A DNA stretch of 37,206 bases from the IMG/VR virus record IMGVR_UViG_2737471853_000011, positions 1 through 37,206 of that record, one strand, 5' to 3'. This DNA is from a virus (taxonomy: Duplodnaviria > Heunggongvirae > Uroviricota > Caudoviricetes). The translations under genes were made by a program, and so were the position numbers. The notes beneath the pieces are model-generated. The model saw only the letters and a list, made by a program, of their open reading frames with translations. It was not told the origin of the DNA and did no database searches. How positions within the stretch are numbered: the first letter of the stretch is position 1; the number at the start of each line of letters is the position of its first letter. This document shows positions 11,716 to 22,130 of this stretch, one piece after another.

Positions 11716-11985
11716 TCAGGCCTGGAGGAAAAAACCAGCCACAAGCCACGCCGCTGCATTCAGGTCTGCCGGAGACATCTGGTCGACAGAGCTTTGCGGC
11801 ACTTTCGCCAGCCGCACAATGTATTTCGACACCACATGCGCCAGAAGTCTGACGGACTCATCCTGATTCATCTGGTAGGGATACCCCAGCTCGCGGACAT
11901 CCTTCCCGGTGGGTTCATCAAACTCCAGTACGGAGAGTGTCTCACCATGAGCGATAATCGGTTTCTTTAACTCAAGCTCTTTCAT
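11716..11985 (-). CDS. Tail assembly chaperone (89 aa) with -1 frameshift extension to 11567
   Basis: Slippery heptamer T_TTT_TTC near the 3' end; the -1 frame (ORF 11567..11749) continues and overlaps the tape measure start. Confidence 0.7.
   Translation of the reverse strand: MKELELKKPIIAHGETLSVLEFDEPTGKDVRELGYPYQMNQDESVRLLAHVVSKYIVRLAKVPQSSVDQMSPADLNAAAWLVAGFFLQA
11727..11734 (-). other. Programmed -1 ribosomal frameshift site (T TTT TTC read on minus strand)
   Basis: Heptamer is in the zero frame of 11716..11985 (codons GGT TTT TTC); -1 frame gives ..WFFPPGLTAEY.. as in ORF 11567..11749. Confidence 0.6.
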
Positions 11986-12341
11986 TACTGGTAATCCCCT
12001 TCTTCACCGTGGAACTCAAGATCAACCGTGCCTTCTTCGGCATTATGGTTCGCTTCTCCGTGCAGCCAGGCGGACGACAATACATAGACCTGACCGTTCG
12101 CCAGCTCGGCAGTGATTGTCATCTCATCAGACGAGGTGATTTTGCTCACCGGAAAATTCTTCGGCACCTTGAAGGTCCCTTTGACATAAGGCGCACGGTG
12201 AGTTTCCTTGCGGTCCACTGAACCGTCCAGGCCGATGATGTCATCATTGACCGTCCTGTTCATGGGCACCTCAATGCCGCCGGTCAGCGATAGCTGCTGA
12301 CCGTCAATTTTGAAATAACAGGTTCCCCCGATACGGGCCAT
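11985..12341 (-). CDS. Tail tube protein
   Basis: 118-aa ORF immediately downstream of the sheath gene. Confidence 0.8.
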   Translation of the reverse strand: MARIGGTCYFKIDGQQLSLTGGIEVPMNRTVNDDIIGLDGSVDRKETHRAPYVKGTFKVPKNFPVSKITSSDEMTITAELANGQVYVLSSAWLHGEANHNAEEGTVDLEFHGEEGDYQ

Positions 12342-13837
12342 TATGCAGACTCCTCTGAATACTGAAGACGGAACTGGTTAACCACGGCAAAAACACGCAA
12401 CTGGTTAACATAGTCAGGCGGGAACAGCGTGTTCAGGCGGTTCGGATCGCTGGCATCACGCTCCACAACCAGGTACTGCTTAAACAGTTCGTAGTTTTCC
12501 ACGATCCCCGCACGCTCAAGCTGACGATAGGTTGCCAGCAGTTCCCCTTTGATTACCGCCGGGGTGACAATCGCCTGAGCGGGACCAAAGCGGGTACCGT
12601 CGCTGGCAAGCTTGTGACGCCCGTACTTACTGGTAATGACGGATTTCAGTTTGCGCAGTACATACGCACTGGTATGCAGCGTCTCGCTGTCGAGGTAGCT
12701 GTTATCCGCAACCCCGTAAGCATTTTTCCTGTACGTGGTGACATCACGCTGAATGCGCAGCACCCCGCTTTCGACATACGCCGTTGCCACGCCATGAGAC
12801 AGCAGGGTCTGCTGCTCGGTCATCGTGAACCGTTTCCCCTTCGGCGCAGGCAGCATACCCACCAGCTCACCGGTCTGCGTGGGACGTGCCGGATCGTTGC
12901 GGATAAACACCGCTGCGCGGGCGGTACGGCTTGCCGCCAGCTCGTCGGCAGGGGTCTGGGTCTCTTTTTCGTACCCCGCCAGGGTGATGTGCTGCTGGTT
13001 AAACTGGTCACCTGCGTTCACCAGTTCTGACAGTGTGCCGGTCTTTGCCGTATACACATGACCATACAGCTGACGCGCATAGCTCCAGCGACCGCTGGTA
13101 TCGTTCATTTCGGTCACCAGCGTGTTAACGGAGGCCGTGTCGTTGAACGGCAGACCGATATAATCAAACGGCTCATCCGCCATTGCAGCCACCGCGCCGG
13201 TGAGAACCGGAGCGCCCGTTCCGGCGGTCCCCGTCGCCACGGCAATCTGTACGCCCGCTGGCAGCACTTCGCCCCCACCGAAGCCGTAGTAATTGAGGCT
13301 GACAGGAATTTCATTCCCGCAAAGCCCCTTATGACGCGCGGTCAGCGTGACAACACCAGCCGAAGATGAAGCTGTAAACGGCAGAGTCGGAACGGCATTG
13401 ATGGCATCTTTGATACTGCTGGCAATCGTCGTGACGTTATCGCCGTTGGTCACCGAAGCCTGCACGCGGGTACGTCCCACATAGACATTCACCGTGCCGC
13501 TTTCGGTTGCTTCCCCGGTCACCGTCAGCGTAACCGTTGCCGCCGCGCCTGTGGCTTCCGGAACGGCAATCACATACAGCTCACCAAACGGGTCGGTCTG
13601 GCGATAAGCCTCGACCATACGCGCCAGCTGACTTCCCGCACCACAAATCTGGCGTGCATAGTCTGCCGACGGCATCAGCACCAGACTGTTGGCAACAATC
13701 TCTGCACCGTTATTGGCATGACCAATCAGCAGCGATGCTCCGCTGTCCTGTGCAGTATTCGCAGCCTGGTTATCCATTTCCGCATAAAACAGCGGAACCA
13801 GCGTATTCGACGGAATGGTGTTAAAGCTTATCGTCAT
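12341..13837 (-). CDS. Tail sheath protein
   Basis: 498-aa ORF in conserved position. Confidence 0.9.
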   Translation of the reverse strand: MTISFNTIPSNTLVPLFYAEMDNQAANTAQDSGASLLIGHANNGAEIVANSLVLMPSADYARQICGAGSQLARMVEAYRQTDPFGELYVIAVPEATGAAATVTLTVTGEATESGTVNVYVGRTRVQASVTNGDNVTTIASSIKDAINAVPTLPFTASSSAGVVTLTARHKGLCGNEIPVSLNYYGFGGGEVLPAGVQIAVATGTAGTGAPVLTGAVAAMADEPFDYIGLPFNDTASVNTLVTEMNDTSGRWSYARQLYGHVYTAKTGTLSELVNAGDQFNQQHITLAGYEKETQTPADELAASRTARAAVFIRNDPARPTQTGELVGMLPAPKGKRFTMTEQQTLLSHGVATAYVESGVLRIQRDVTTYRKNAYGVADNSYLDSETLHTSAYVLRKLKSVITSKYGRHKLASDGTRFGPAQAIVTPAVIKGELLATYRQLERAGIVENYELFKQYLVVERDASDPNRLNTLFPPDYVNQLRVFAVVNQFRLQYSEESA

Positions 13838-13991
13838 CGGTGTTCACCTTTTTATTCACGCGCCGGATATCACCCGCTGCTTCACGGCGCAGCCAGTAGT
13901 TGTTCTCATCAACATTTCGCCCTTCGGCGGGCAAAAGGTCGCCGCGGGCAGGGTCAGGCACTGACCGCCCTTTAACAGGTTTCACAAACAT
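13821..13991 (-). CDS. Small DUF2635-like protein (56 aa) preceding the sheath gene
   Basis: Not in the ORF track (under 60 aa): ATG at 13991, translates MFVKPVKGRSVPDPARGDLLPAEG.., stop overlaps the sheath start. Confidence 0.5.
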   Translation of the reverse strand: MFVKPVKGRSVPDPARGDLLPAEGRNVDENNYWLRREAAGDIRRVNKKVNTDDDKL

Positions 13992-13999
13992 GATGATCC

Positions 14000-14560
14000 T
14001 CAGGAAGGAAGGGGTATTTCGGTGTGATGTTCGATATCGCCGTCAGGCCCGTTACCGGGATCGAGATAATCAACATCAATCGCCAGCGTTCGCAGTTCAT
14101 CCAGACTGTTCAGGTCATCCTGCTGGCGGGTATCGTCTTCGGTCAGCTCGCTGATGACCGAAAAATCGAACTGATAAATCAGCTCATGACGATTCAGATC
14201 CAGCAGCGTGCCGCCGTCATAGGTAATCGGGTTACCGCACGCTTCCGGGTTCCAGCCCAGCAGGGCCTTAAAGAGCATCTGCCGGACATCGTCCACCACA
14301 TCATACGAAGCAAACTGACCGCGCTCATCACGCCCGTTACTCAGTATGACAACCACGGAGAAGCCCTCTTTCAGCTCCTGCCAGTAGTCGGTCTGGCTTT
14401 TGTTTTCTCCCGGAGAGTCATCACCCGGTACCACATACGCCGCCGGGAGTCTCAGCTTTCCGACCTCCGGCAGATTTTTGAACTGTGCCGCGCCTGCCAC
14501 CCGGTTTTCAAAATACGGGCAGCGGGCACGCAGCGCAGCAATAACAGGCGTCAGTTTCAT
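14000..14560 (-). CDS. Tail-associated / virion morphogenesis protein (Mu gp37-like?)
   Basis: 186-aa ORF between head-tail joining genes and sheath; family uncertain. Confidence 0.45.
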   Translation of the reverse strand: MKLTPVIAALRARCPYFENRVAGAAQFKNLPEVGKLRLPAAYVVPGDDSPGENKSQTDYWQELKEGFSVVVILSNGRDERGQFASYDVVDDVRQMLFKALLGWNPEACGNPITYDGGTLLDLNRHELIYQFDFSVISELTEDDTRQQDDLNSLDELRTLAIDVDYLDPGNGPDGDIEHHTEIPLPS

Positions 14561-15063
14561 CTGCGTCGTCGCTCCGGCTTCAGTGATTTACGTAATTCCC
14601 GCGCCAGAAAATAGCGTGTCCAGCTGCGGTTCTTTTCAAGAGTTTCCACCATAAAGTTATTACGTGGAGCCAGCCGCCAGCCGCTGCCACCGGATGCACC
14701 ACGATGATGACTACGACGACGTTTTGCTCCTCCCCGGACACCAAAAAACAGAAACGCCGGATAGAAGTCACCAGAGATCATCCGGTTCCCCTTCCCGTTG
14801 CGCTGGTTAGGGGCAATGCGTGTCATAAAACCGGCTCGCTTTTTACTGGCTCTCGGCACCATGTAACCAATCGAACGAGCCAGGCGTCCGGTCTGATAAC
14901 CGGGGTTTTCACCCGGTGCCGACCGCGCACGGCGCATCACCAGCCGACGGGCATCACGCATATGACGCTGCCCAATCGTGACAAACGCCCGCCGGACACG
15001 GGCGCGGTTAAAGCGCATCTCCGCGGGCTGCTGAACATCAACGTGAAAAAAGGGAGTCGCCAT
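14557..15063 (-). CDS. Tail completion / virion morphogenesis protein (HK97 gp10-like?)
   Basis: 168-aa basic protein in conserved position; family uncertain. Confidence 0.5.
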   Translation of the reverse strand: MATPFFHVDVQQPAEMRFNRARVRRAFVTIGQRHMRDARRLVMRRARSAPGENPGYQTGRLARSIGYMVPRASKKRAGFMTRIAPNQRNGKGNRMISGDFYPAFLFFGVRGGAKRRRSHHRGASGGSGWRLAPRNNFMVETLEKNRSWTRYFLARELRKSLKPERRRR

Positions 15064-15448
15064 TGCTGCCTCCGTGACTCTGCGTAAATTCGCCCAGTTC
15101 CGTACACTCCAGCAGCAGAAAGCGCCGCGCCCCGTTCAGATCGCGCTGACGTTTCACCCGGTACACACTGTCATCACAGACCACCTCATAATCAGCAGTG
15201 ATCCCCCGGCGGTAGCGAATGGTGATGTAATGGGTGATGGCATCTCCGGTCTGCGCGGTTTCCTGCCAGGTGGTGGCACTGGTCTGGATAACCTTCGCCC
15301 ATGCCCGGAACGCAACCGGGTATTGAGGCTCCACGCCAAAGTTATCCGCGGGCATATCCACCCGCTGGCGGATCAGGACGCGTTTATTCAGTTCACCGGG
15401 GTCCGGCAGAATGTAGGTTGCGCTGGTCTGCGCCTGACGAATTTTCAT
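15038..15448 (-). CDS. Head-tail joining (head closure) protein
   Basis: 136-aa ORF with the ITIRYR-type motif. Confidence 0.65.
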   Translation of the reverse strand: MKIRQAQTSATYILPDPGELNKRVLIRQRVDMPADNFGVEPQYPVAFRAWAKVIQTSATTWQETAQTGDAITHYITIRYRRGITADYEVVCDDSVYRVKRQRDLNGARRFLLLECTELGEFTQSHGGSNGDSLFSR

Positions 15449-15768
15449 TGCGGAAAGTACCTGTACGGGCCGACAAGCCAGCCAAAACTCTGCGGCATGT
15501 CGAGTTTCTCCACTTCCGTAACCGACGAGCGGTTTTCGTAAAAATGGCTGATAAGCATCAGCATCCCCAGACGAATATCATCCGGCAGGTGCAGCCCGTC
15601 CGGATCGCTGTCCGGAATGGTTTCATCCGGTGCATAGAGCTTCCGGTTCAGATACGTTTCCGTCCGCTTTTGTGCCGCACAGGCCAGCAGTTGCAGATGG
15701 CGGTCATCAGCATCGAAATCCTCATCCAGCCGGAGTTGGGCTTTAATCTCTTCCATTGTCAGAAGCAT
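15445..15768 (-). CDS. Head-tail connector protein (gp6-like)
   Basis: 107-aa ORF just downstream of capsid gene. Confidence 0.65.
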   Translation of the reverse strand: MLLTMEEIKAQLRLDEDFDADDRHLQLLACAAQKRTETYLNRKLYAPDETIPDSDPDGLHLPDDIRLGMLMLISHFYENRSSVTEVEKLDMPQSFGWLVGPYRYFPQ

Positions 15769-15770
15769 AC

Positions 15771-15971
15771 TCAGCCCTCTTTACTGGTCGTGGCTTTTTT
15801 CTCTTTTGTCGCTTTACTGCTTTTTGCACTGGTTCCGCGCTCTGCTAACCCGGCCTGAAGTGCAATCTCCTGCACCCGGGCAGGAAGCGCCCCGTCGTCA
15901 TACTCACCGGCCCGAATGACCTCAACACGCATACCGTCCGGTGACCATTTCAGATCTTGTTTCAGGATCAT
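15771..15971 (-). CDS. Small hypothetical protein (66 aa)
   Basis: ORF between capsid and connector, Lys-rich tail. Confidence 0.4.
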   Translation of the reverse strand: MILKQDLKWSPDGMRVEVIRAGEYDDGALPARVQEIALQAGLAERGTSAKSSKATKEKKATTSKEG

Positions 15972-15990
15972 GATTCTTCACCCGTCAGAA

Positions 15991-16014
15991 CAGGGGCGCG
16001 GTTCCGCGCCCCTG
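15991..16014 (-). terminator. GC-rich hairpin just downstream of the major capsid gene (possible attenuator)
   Basis: CAGGGGCGCGG-TT-CCGCGCCCCTG perfect inverted repeat; U-tract is weak. Confidence 0.35.
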
Positions 16015-16019
16015 AGTGA

Positions 16020-17225
16020 TTACGCCACTGCAATCTTCAGCAGTTTGATGGCCTGCGAATCGACCAGCATGCCGCCGGTGCGTTTGGTGGTATAAAAACC
16101 GACAAACGGTTTATTGGTGTACGGGTCACGCAGAATGCGGGTGCCGATACGGTCAACGATGGTGTAACCCCGTTTGAAGTTACCAAATGCAATGGCTTTC
16201 GCATCAGCGGCGATATCCGGCATCTGTTCGTTTTCAGCGATACCGTAACCCGCCAGAGAGGACGGCTGCCCCAGCTCCAGCCCCGGACGCCACAGATAGT
16301 TACCCTCGCTGTCTTTCAGCAGACGGATGGCAAACAGGCTATTGTTGTTCATCATGAACTTCGCGCCGGTGCGGTGTGCCTTACGCAGCGTGTAAATCAG
16401 TTTGATAATGGCGTCTGCGGTCGCCGCCGTCGCGTCGCCGGATACAATATGCTGAAGTTTGCCGAACGCCCGGACCTTATCGGTTTCATCCGTGGATTCA
16501 TACGCCAGGAACCCTTTCGGCTTCTTGGTACCATCGCCGGTGGTAAAGGCAATTTCTTCCTGTTCGGCAAATTCGGTTGCCAGCTCGCTGTTGATCCATG
16601 CTTCCACGTTGAAAAAGGCATCATCCAGCATTTTCTGGGTGGCCTGCGGGTTACCGTAGATTTCCCCCATGAAAGGTTCAATCAGGCCCAGTTTTGAGGT
16701 GGCAGTCTGGGAGCGCGCGTCAGTCTCGCCAACCCATCCGGAAGCCGTGCCGCCCAGATTCACCAGTTTTTTGTAGTCGGAACCACCAACGGTGATCACC
16801 GTGGCTTCCTGGCGCATCACCACTTCATCTTTCAGCAGGGTGAGAATGTTGCGATCCAGTGCTTCCGGCACGGCATAGCCGCCGTCTTCATCGGTGCCCA
16901 CCTGTAATGCCTTGCGCTCCAGATCGCGCAGACCATCTTCACGGCCTTTACGCAGGAAGCCCACAAACGCTTCTTTATGCTCGGTGGCCAGTTTATTTTG
17001 CGCACCACCTGCCGGACGTTTCAGCTCAAGCAGCTCTTTTTCAAGATCGCTTTTGAGGTTTTCCAGCTCGCTGAGTTTCCCGTTCAGGGTTTCCACCTGC
17101 CCGGCAAGCTTGCCTTTTTCCTGCTCAATCGCATCCACGCGCTTGTCGTTCTTTGCTTTGAAGTCGTCAAACTTCTGCTGCAGCTCCTGCGCGACCTGTT
17201 CGACATCTTTAATATCTACCGCCAT
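16020..17225 (-). CDS. Major capsid protein, HK97 family, with N-terminal coiled-coil delta domain
   Basis: 401-aa ORF; first ~100 aa coiled-coil; follows the prohead protease. Confidence 0.9.
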   Translation of the reverse strand: MAVDIKDVEQVAQELQQKFDDFKAKNDKRVDAIEQEKGKLAGQVETLNGKLSELENLKSDLEKELLELKRPAGGAQNKLATEHKEAFVGFLRKGREDGLRDLERKALQVGTDEDGGYAVPEALDRNILTLLKDEVVMRQEATVITVGGSDYKKLVNLGGTASGWVGETDARSQTATSKLGLIEPFMGEIYGNPQATQKMLDDAFFNVEAWINSELATEFAEQEEIAFTTGDGTKKPKGFLAYESTDETDKVRAFGKLQHIVSGDATAATADAIIKLIYTLRKAHRTGAKFMMNNNSLFAIRLLKDSEGNYLWRPGLELGQPSSLAGYGIAENEQMPDIAADAKAIAFGNFKRGYTIVDRIGTRILRDPYTNKPFVGFYTTKRTGGMLVDSQAIKLLKIAVA

Positions 17226-17239
17226 CGTATTTCTCCTGA

Positions 17240-17890
17240 TTAGAAGTTCAGATTTTTCAGTGCATTCAGTGCAGAGCTCACATCCTCAGCGTCGCGCAGG
17301 GACAGTGCGCCATAGCCCCCGGCCATGAATGCTTTGGCCTGGGTACGGGAGAGTCCGACATCACGCAGGACTCTTTCGATTTTTTTCTGTTCGGGGATTT
17401 CCCCGCGGGCCAGCGCGTTCTTGACGTCGCTGATCCGCGCCTCGTCGTTAGACGGGAACGTCACCAGACTGACTTCCCAGAGGTCGATTTCTTTCAGCAG
17501 AAAGGCTTCTTTCGTCCGGTCGTATTCCCAGTCTTTCAGGACGTACCCAATAGAAAGGCCGGTTAACGAACCGGCCTTCATGTGTGCATGTGCGCGTTTT
17601 GCGAGGGGATCATCATCAATAAGCAACCGTCCCCTGACGTAAAGCCCGACATCGTCTTCCTTCATTTCGGTGTAAACACCGATGGGTTCATCCATGCGGT
17701 GCTGCCAGAGCAGCGCAGGTAACGCTTTTCTGTCACTCCACGCCCGCAGGGAAGCGGCAAATGCCCCTGACATCACCACATCATCGTGGCTGTCCTTTAC
17801 ACCAAAGACGGAGCCATACCCTTCAAACTCACCGGAGTCACTGACAGATTTCAGACTCAGCGGTACATCAAGACGTTGTTTCGTCTGCAT
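17240..17890 (-). CDS. Prohead protease (HK97 family); start ambiguous (17890 or 17926)
   Basis: ORF between portal and capsid genes. Confidence 0.8.
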   Translation of the reverse strand: MQTKQRLDVPLSLKSVSDSGEFEGYGSVFGVKDSHDDVVMSGAFAASLRAWSDRKALPALLWQHRMDEPIGVYTEMKEDDVGLYVRGRLLIDDDPLAKRAHAHMKAGSLTGLSIGYVLKDWEYDRTKEAFLLKEIDLWEVSLVTFPSNDEARISDVKNALARGEIPEQKKIERVLRDVGLSRTQAKAFMAGGYGALSLRDAEDVSSALNALKNLNF

Positions 17891-19109
17891 TGGCGTTATC
17901 CTTCTGCTTACCGGCTTTACTGCCATCGGAGGGTTTCGTGGTCATGTTCATCGGTGTGAGATAGACATCACCACCGGGACGCGGATTCATATCTTCCAGG
18001 TCGCGGCAGTCATTGGGAGAGTAAATTCCCCAATTGATCCCGGTAGCGTAGGCTTCAAAACGGGACTTCATATCCCCGCGCAGTAAGGCCCCGGCGTTAA
18101 ATTTGGCGTAATAAACGCCCTGCTTACTTTTTCGTACCAGTCCGGTGTTGATCCGCTGCTCAATGCGGGTCAGATACGGCACCAGTGAATAGTTGATAAA
18201 TCCCAGCCCCAGCTCTTCGATATTGTTGAAGGTGGCGCGATCGGTGTTCTGCACCATGTGCAATGGCACCCGGAACAGACGACAGATTTCTTCAAGCTGA
18301 AACTTGCGGGTTTCCAGGAACTGGCTGTCCTCGGCGTTCAGCGCCATCGACTTCCAGTCCAGCCCCATCTCAAGGATCATCGGGCGGTGAGCATTGCCAA
18401 GCCCGGTGTGACGCTCCTCAAAATCTTTCTTCAGGCGCTCATAAGCCTGATCTGACAGCGTCTGCTCTGTACGCAACACACCCGACGTCACCGCGCCATT
18501 GCTGAACAGTCTGGCCCCGTGCTCTTCGGTCGCTGCCGCCAGCGATATTGCCTCGCGGGCATAGGCGATGGGATTCAGCCCCACCAGTCCGTCCAGCGTC
18601 AGCGTGCGCACATGCCAGATATCTTCCTGGCTCAGTACATCCGTGGAGCCATCCGGGAATGTGACCTGATAGACCGGCTCCCAGCTACTGTTAAGCTTCG
18701 GTACCACACAGCCGGGATCGACGGGCAGCAGTTCAGCCACTTCGCCAAATGCTTTCACTTTGTAGGCGTAAAAGTTTCCCCGCAGGCACAGACAGGTGAC
18801 CACCAGCTCCCAGAACTCCTGCGGCGTCATATAGCCATTGGGATGCGTGGAGATCAGCTTATGCAGACGTTCGCCAGTGGCTCTCTGCTTCAGGCTGCCG
18901 TTCAGGTGATACAGGTTGCAGGGCAACATCCCGACCGACTCCGCCAGCACCCTGACACAGGAAAAAACCGCCGTCAGTCGCATGGCCCGCTGGCTGCTGA
19001 TCTGCTTTCCGGTATAGGTGTCGTAGGACAACCCGATAGCATCCGCCAGCTCTGCTGGCGTGGTCACCGGTGCGTCACTTTTTCGTTGAAATAATCCCGA
19101 AAAGAACAC
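17868..19109 (-). CDS. Portal protein
   Basis: 413-aa ORF downstream of terminase. Confidence 0.9.
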   Translation of the reverse strand: MFFSGLFQRKSDAPVTTPAELADAIGLSYDTYTGKQISSQRAMRLTAVFSCVRVLAESVGMLPCNLYHLNGSLKQRATGERLHKLISTHPNGYMTPQEFWELVVTCLCLRGNFYAYKVKAFGEVAELLPVDPGCVVPKLNSSWEPVYQVTFPDGSTDVLSQEDIWHVRTLTLDGLVGLNPIAYAREAISLAAATEEHGARLFSNGAVTSGVLRTEQTLSDQAYERLKKDFEERHTGLGNAHRPMILEMGLDWKSMALNAEDSQFLETRKFQLEEICRLFRVPLHMVQNTDRATFNNIEELGLGFINYSLVPYLTRIEQRINTGLVRKSKQGVYYAKFNAGALLRGDMKSRFEAYATGINWGIYSPNDCRDLEDMNPRPGGDVYLTPMNMTTKPSDGSKAGKQKDNANADETTS

Positions 19110-19291
19110 TATTTACCTCCGCCGACAGACGACTGTGTACGGTCGAGATATCGCGCCACCAGCCACGACCAGAACAGGCACAACGCCCCGGCAACAACAA
19201 ACCCCGCCGGGGGATAAATCAGCCAGGCACCATACGCCAGCAAAAGCCCCCCCAGCACGCCCACCAGAGGCGCGAGAATCAGCATGATCAT
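19109..19291 (-). CDS. Small hydrophobic protein (60 aa)
   Basis: Two predicted membrane helices; between terminase large subunit and portal. Confidence 0.4.
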   Translation of the reverse strand: MIMLILAPLVGVLGGLLLAYGAWLIYPPAGFVVAGALCLFWSWLVARYLDRTQSSVGGGK

Positions 19292-19302
19292 AATTACCTC
19301 AG

Positions 19303-21036
19303 TTAAAGCGAGCGGATCCCGTAGGACTCAATGTGGTCGGACAGCGTGTCTTCTTTCTCATACAGCATGGCTCTGCCAACCGCCATAATCAGCGCAACTG
19401 CACCATCGATTTTGTTTTCCGCCTGCTCTTTGACGGGCTTCACCACATCATCGTTACCCGGAATGGTTTTGCCGACCACGTTGCCGATACACCAGGTCAT
19501 GATGGGATTGCCATCATGATGAAAGCGCCCCGATTCAATTGCCGCTTCCAGCTCTTTCATCGGGTCGGACATGTTGGTGTAGTTCTGAATGATGGTGATG
19601 GGATTCAGGTCTTCATCAGCAAGGTCATGTGACAGCCCGGTCGCCCCGAAGGGGTCGATGGGTGACTCGCTGACCGGGCTGATTTTGTTCGCCGCTTTGG
19701 CCTCTTCGAGGATGTAGCGATAATCCACCTCTGCACCATCGGTAACGGTCAGGACGCCCATTTCCACCCATTTCTGAAAGCGTTCGGCTGTCCGGCGATC
19801 TTCATTTTTCTCGACGCTGTACACCGTGTCATACGGTACCCAGAAACGCGGGGCTACACTGTAGTAATGCGTTTTACCGTCAATCTCGCGGGTATAAAGT
19901 CGCGCCATGCTGTTCATATCCAGCTTACGCGCCAGGTCAAAGGCCAGAATGCACGGCTGCCCCTCGAACTGCTCAAGGGTCAGTGATTTATCCTCGCAGC
20001 TCTGCCAGCTCACCAGGTTGAAATACGCCGAACGCGCCGACACCCAGATATTGAGGTGTTTTGTTTTAAAGACGTTTGCCAGACGGGCGTTATTTTTCGC
20101 ACGCTGCTGCTGACTTAACAAAAATTCGCGATAAACCGACACGCCAATATTTGGATTGGCTTTTTCCAGCACCTGCGGGTCGGTCCAGTCGTCTCCTTCA
20201 TCAACGGTATAGATGATCCCGAACAGTTCATCGTTAGGCACCGAGCCGTTGAGCATCTCGATGACTTCCCGCCGCTTGTCGTAGCACGGCCCCTCAATGT
20301 TGTACCCGGCGGTAGTGATGGCCCACATCAGTGGCTGACGTCGCGCCCCCATCCCGGTAAGCATTGTGGTATAAAGCGCATCGGTGGCATGCTCGTGATA
20401 TTCATCAACCACGGCACAGTGGGGTGATGAACCATCACCGGGGTTGCCGATCAGCGGTTCAAACCGCGCGCCATCCTCCGGACGGTTCATGTTTGAGGCG
20501 TTAACCTCAATCCCGAACGCTTCCGTCAGCATGGGTGTGCGTTTACACATCAGTCGCGCCGGGCGAAAGACTTCCCACGCCTGTTTCTCTGTCGTGGCAC
20601 CGGAATACACTTCCGCGCCAAACTCGTTATCACAGGCAAAACAATACAGGGCAACACCGGCAGAGATTGCCGATTTGCCGTTCTTACGGGGGATTTCGGT
20701 ATACACCTCCCTGAAGCGGCGCAGCCGGGAGCCTTTATTGACCCAGCCAAACGCACAGCAGATCACAAAGAGCTGCCACGGCTCCAGCGTGATGGGCATC
20801 CGTTTGAATGCCCACTCACCCTTGGTGTGCGGCAACAGCTGAATAAATTTCGCGGCCCGTTCAGCCAGGTCCTTGTCGAAGCGGTAACGAAACGACTTAC
20901 TTTTTTCCGCCATCAGGTCATCAAGATGGCGCTGGCAGGCCTGAATCACAAACTGGCAGGCCACAATCTTTCCGCGCACGACATCACGGGCATACTGATT
21001 GGCTGCATTTACATTGGGGTAAGATTTCCGGCTCAT
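19303..21036 (-). CDS. Terminase large subunit
   Basis: 577-aa ORF with ATPase and nuclease-type regions. Confidence 0.9.
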   Translation of the reverse strand: MSRKSYPNVNAANQYARDVVRGKIVACQFVIQACQRHLDDLMAEKSKSFRYRFDKDLAERAAKFIQLLPHTKGEWAFKRMPITLEPWQLFVICCAFGWVNKGSRLRRFREVYTEIPRKNGKSAISAGVALYCFACDNEFGAEVYSGATTEKQAWEVFRPARLMCKRTPMLTEAFGIEVNASNMNRPEDGARFEPLIGNPGDGSSPHCAVVDEYHEHATDALYTTMLTGMGARRQPLMWAITTAGYNIEGPCYDKRREVIEMLNGSVPNDELFGIIYTVDEGDDWTDPQVLEKANPNIGVSVYREFLLSQQQRAKNNARLANVFKTKHLNIWVSARSAYFNLVSWQSCEDKSLTLEQFEGQPCILAFDLARKLDMNSMARLYTREIDGKTHYYSVAPRFWVPYDTVYSVEKNEDRRTAERFQKWVEMGVLTVTDGAEVDYRYILEEAKAANKISPVSESPIDPFGATGLSHDLADEDLNPITIIQNYTNMSDPMKELEAAIESGRFHHDGNPIMTWCIGNVVGKTIPGNDDVVKPVKEQAENKIDGAVALIMAVGRAMLYEKEDTLSDHIESYGIRSL

Positions 21037-21536
21037 GATTCGATAATTTTCAGAAACGGGTTAGTGGCTTTCTTCTGCCCCGCCAGGCCAATCAGACGCT
21101 GGCGGCTGCTGGGGTCGAGTCCGAGCATTGCCCCCGTGCTGCTCATCTCGGACTCCTGTTCTTTCTTGGCGGTCAGCTCCGGATTTTTGACCATACCGCC
21201 CATTGCACCGGTGATGGTGTTGCCCTGGCTGGCAATATTTTTCACGGCACGTCGCCAGAACTCATAGGCCACACACCACCGCTCAAGCACCGCGAGGTCA
21301 GTCACGCACAGCAGGCCCTGACCGCAGAGTTCTTTGGTTGTCAGTTGCCACATGATCGTGGCGAGAGGGAGATCTTCTTCAACGAACCACTCCGGTGGCT
21401 CAACACCTTTGATGGGCGTAAAAACAGGTTCATCTTTGTTCAAGGCTCGCTTGCCGGGGTTTCCGGCCAGCGCCTTGCGCGCCGTTGGATTGGGGCGACG
21501 CCCGGAACGCCCCGCCGTTCCAGCCATATGCGGCAC
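21033..21536 (-). CDS. Terminase small subunit
   Basis: 167-aa ORF overlapping the large subunit start. Confidence 0.75.
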   Translation of the reverse strand: MPHMAGTAGRSGRRPNPTARKALAGNPGKRALNKDEPVFTPIKGVEPPEWFVEEDLPLATIMWQLTTKELCGQGLLCVTDLAVLERWCVAYEFWRRAVKNIASQGNTITGAMGGMVKNPELTAKKEQESEMSSTGAMLGLDPSSRQRLIGLAGQKKATNPFLKIIES

Positions 21537-21652
21537 TCCTGGTTAAATTTCATTTTTCGCGGGTATAAAAAAACGATGGGGCGGGCAGTCCGGAAGACGT
21601 CAAGTCACAGAGATTTGACCCGCCCCTCCCCACTGGCAGTTGAGAATTATTA

Positions 21653-22003
21653 TCACTTTAGCCGTTCACGGGCCGTCTTCGCCTTATGACACGGCCAGCA
21701 CAGGCTCTGCAGATTGCAGTCTGCATCAGTGCCGCCATGCGCTTTAGGGATGATGTGGTCAACGGTTTTCGCCTCACGCACCACACCGACACGCAGGCAC
21801 AACTGACACAGGCCTTTGTCACGCTTGAGCACACGTTCACGGATAACATCCCATTTCGAACCATAACCGCGCTGGTGTCGGGACTGGCCTGGCTTGTATT
21901 GCTTCCAGCCTTCGCTTTTGTGGCTTTCGCAATAGCCTGACGGGTCAGTCGTCGTATGGTGGCAGCCGCGAACACGGCAGGCTCTAGGTATCAGTGCTGG
22001 CAT
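21653..22003 (-). CDS. HNH endonuclease (terminase-associated)
   Basis: Cys pairs CxxC...CxxC with HxxxH-like motif (DHIIPKAHGG); directly upstream of terminase. Confidence 0.85.
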   Translation of the reverse strand: MPALIPRACRVRGCHHTTTDPSGYCESHKSEGWKQYKPGQSRHQRGYGSKWDVIRERVLKRDKGLCQLCLRVGVVREAKTVDHIIPKAHGGTDADCNLQSLCWPCHKAKTARERLK

Positions 22004-22130
22004 AAAATACTCTCTTTAATCTGATAGACATATTTGACAAAAGAGATTCATTTTTCTCTTTCACTCTTTCCTTTATGAGAAAAATCTGATAACAAGGTTC
22101 TAATAAAAGTAACTAAACACAGGTTATAAC

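Noticed and set aside
10247-19094. Antisense ORFs embedded in structural genes (e.g. 10247..10576, 12614..13030, 14024..14614, 18519..19094)
   Set aside because: Lie wholly inside well-supported minus-strand structural genes, are GC-rich and lack RBSs; typical shadow ORFs
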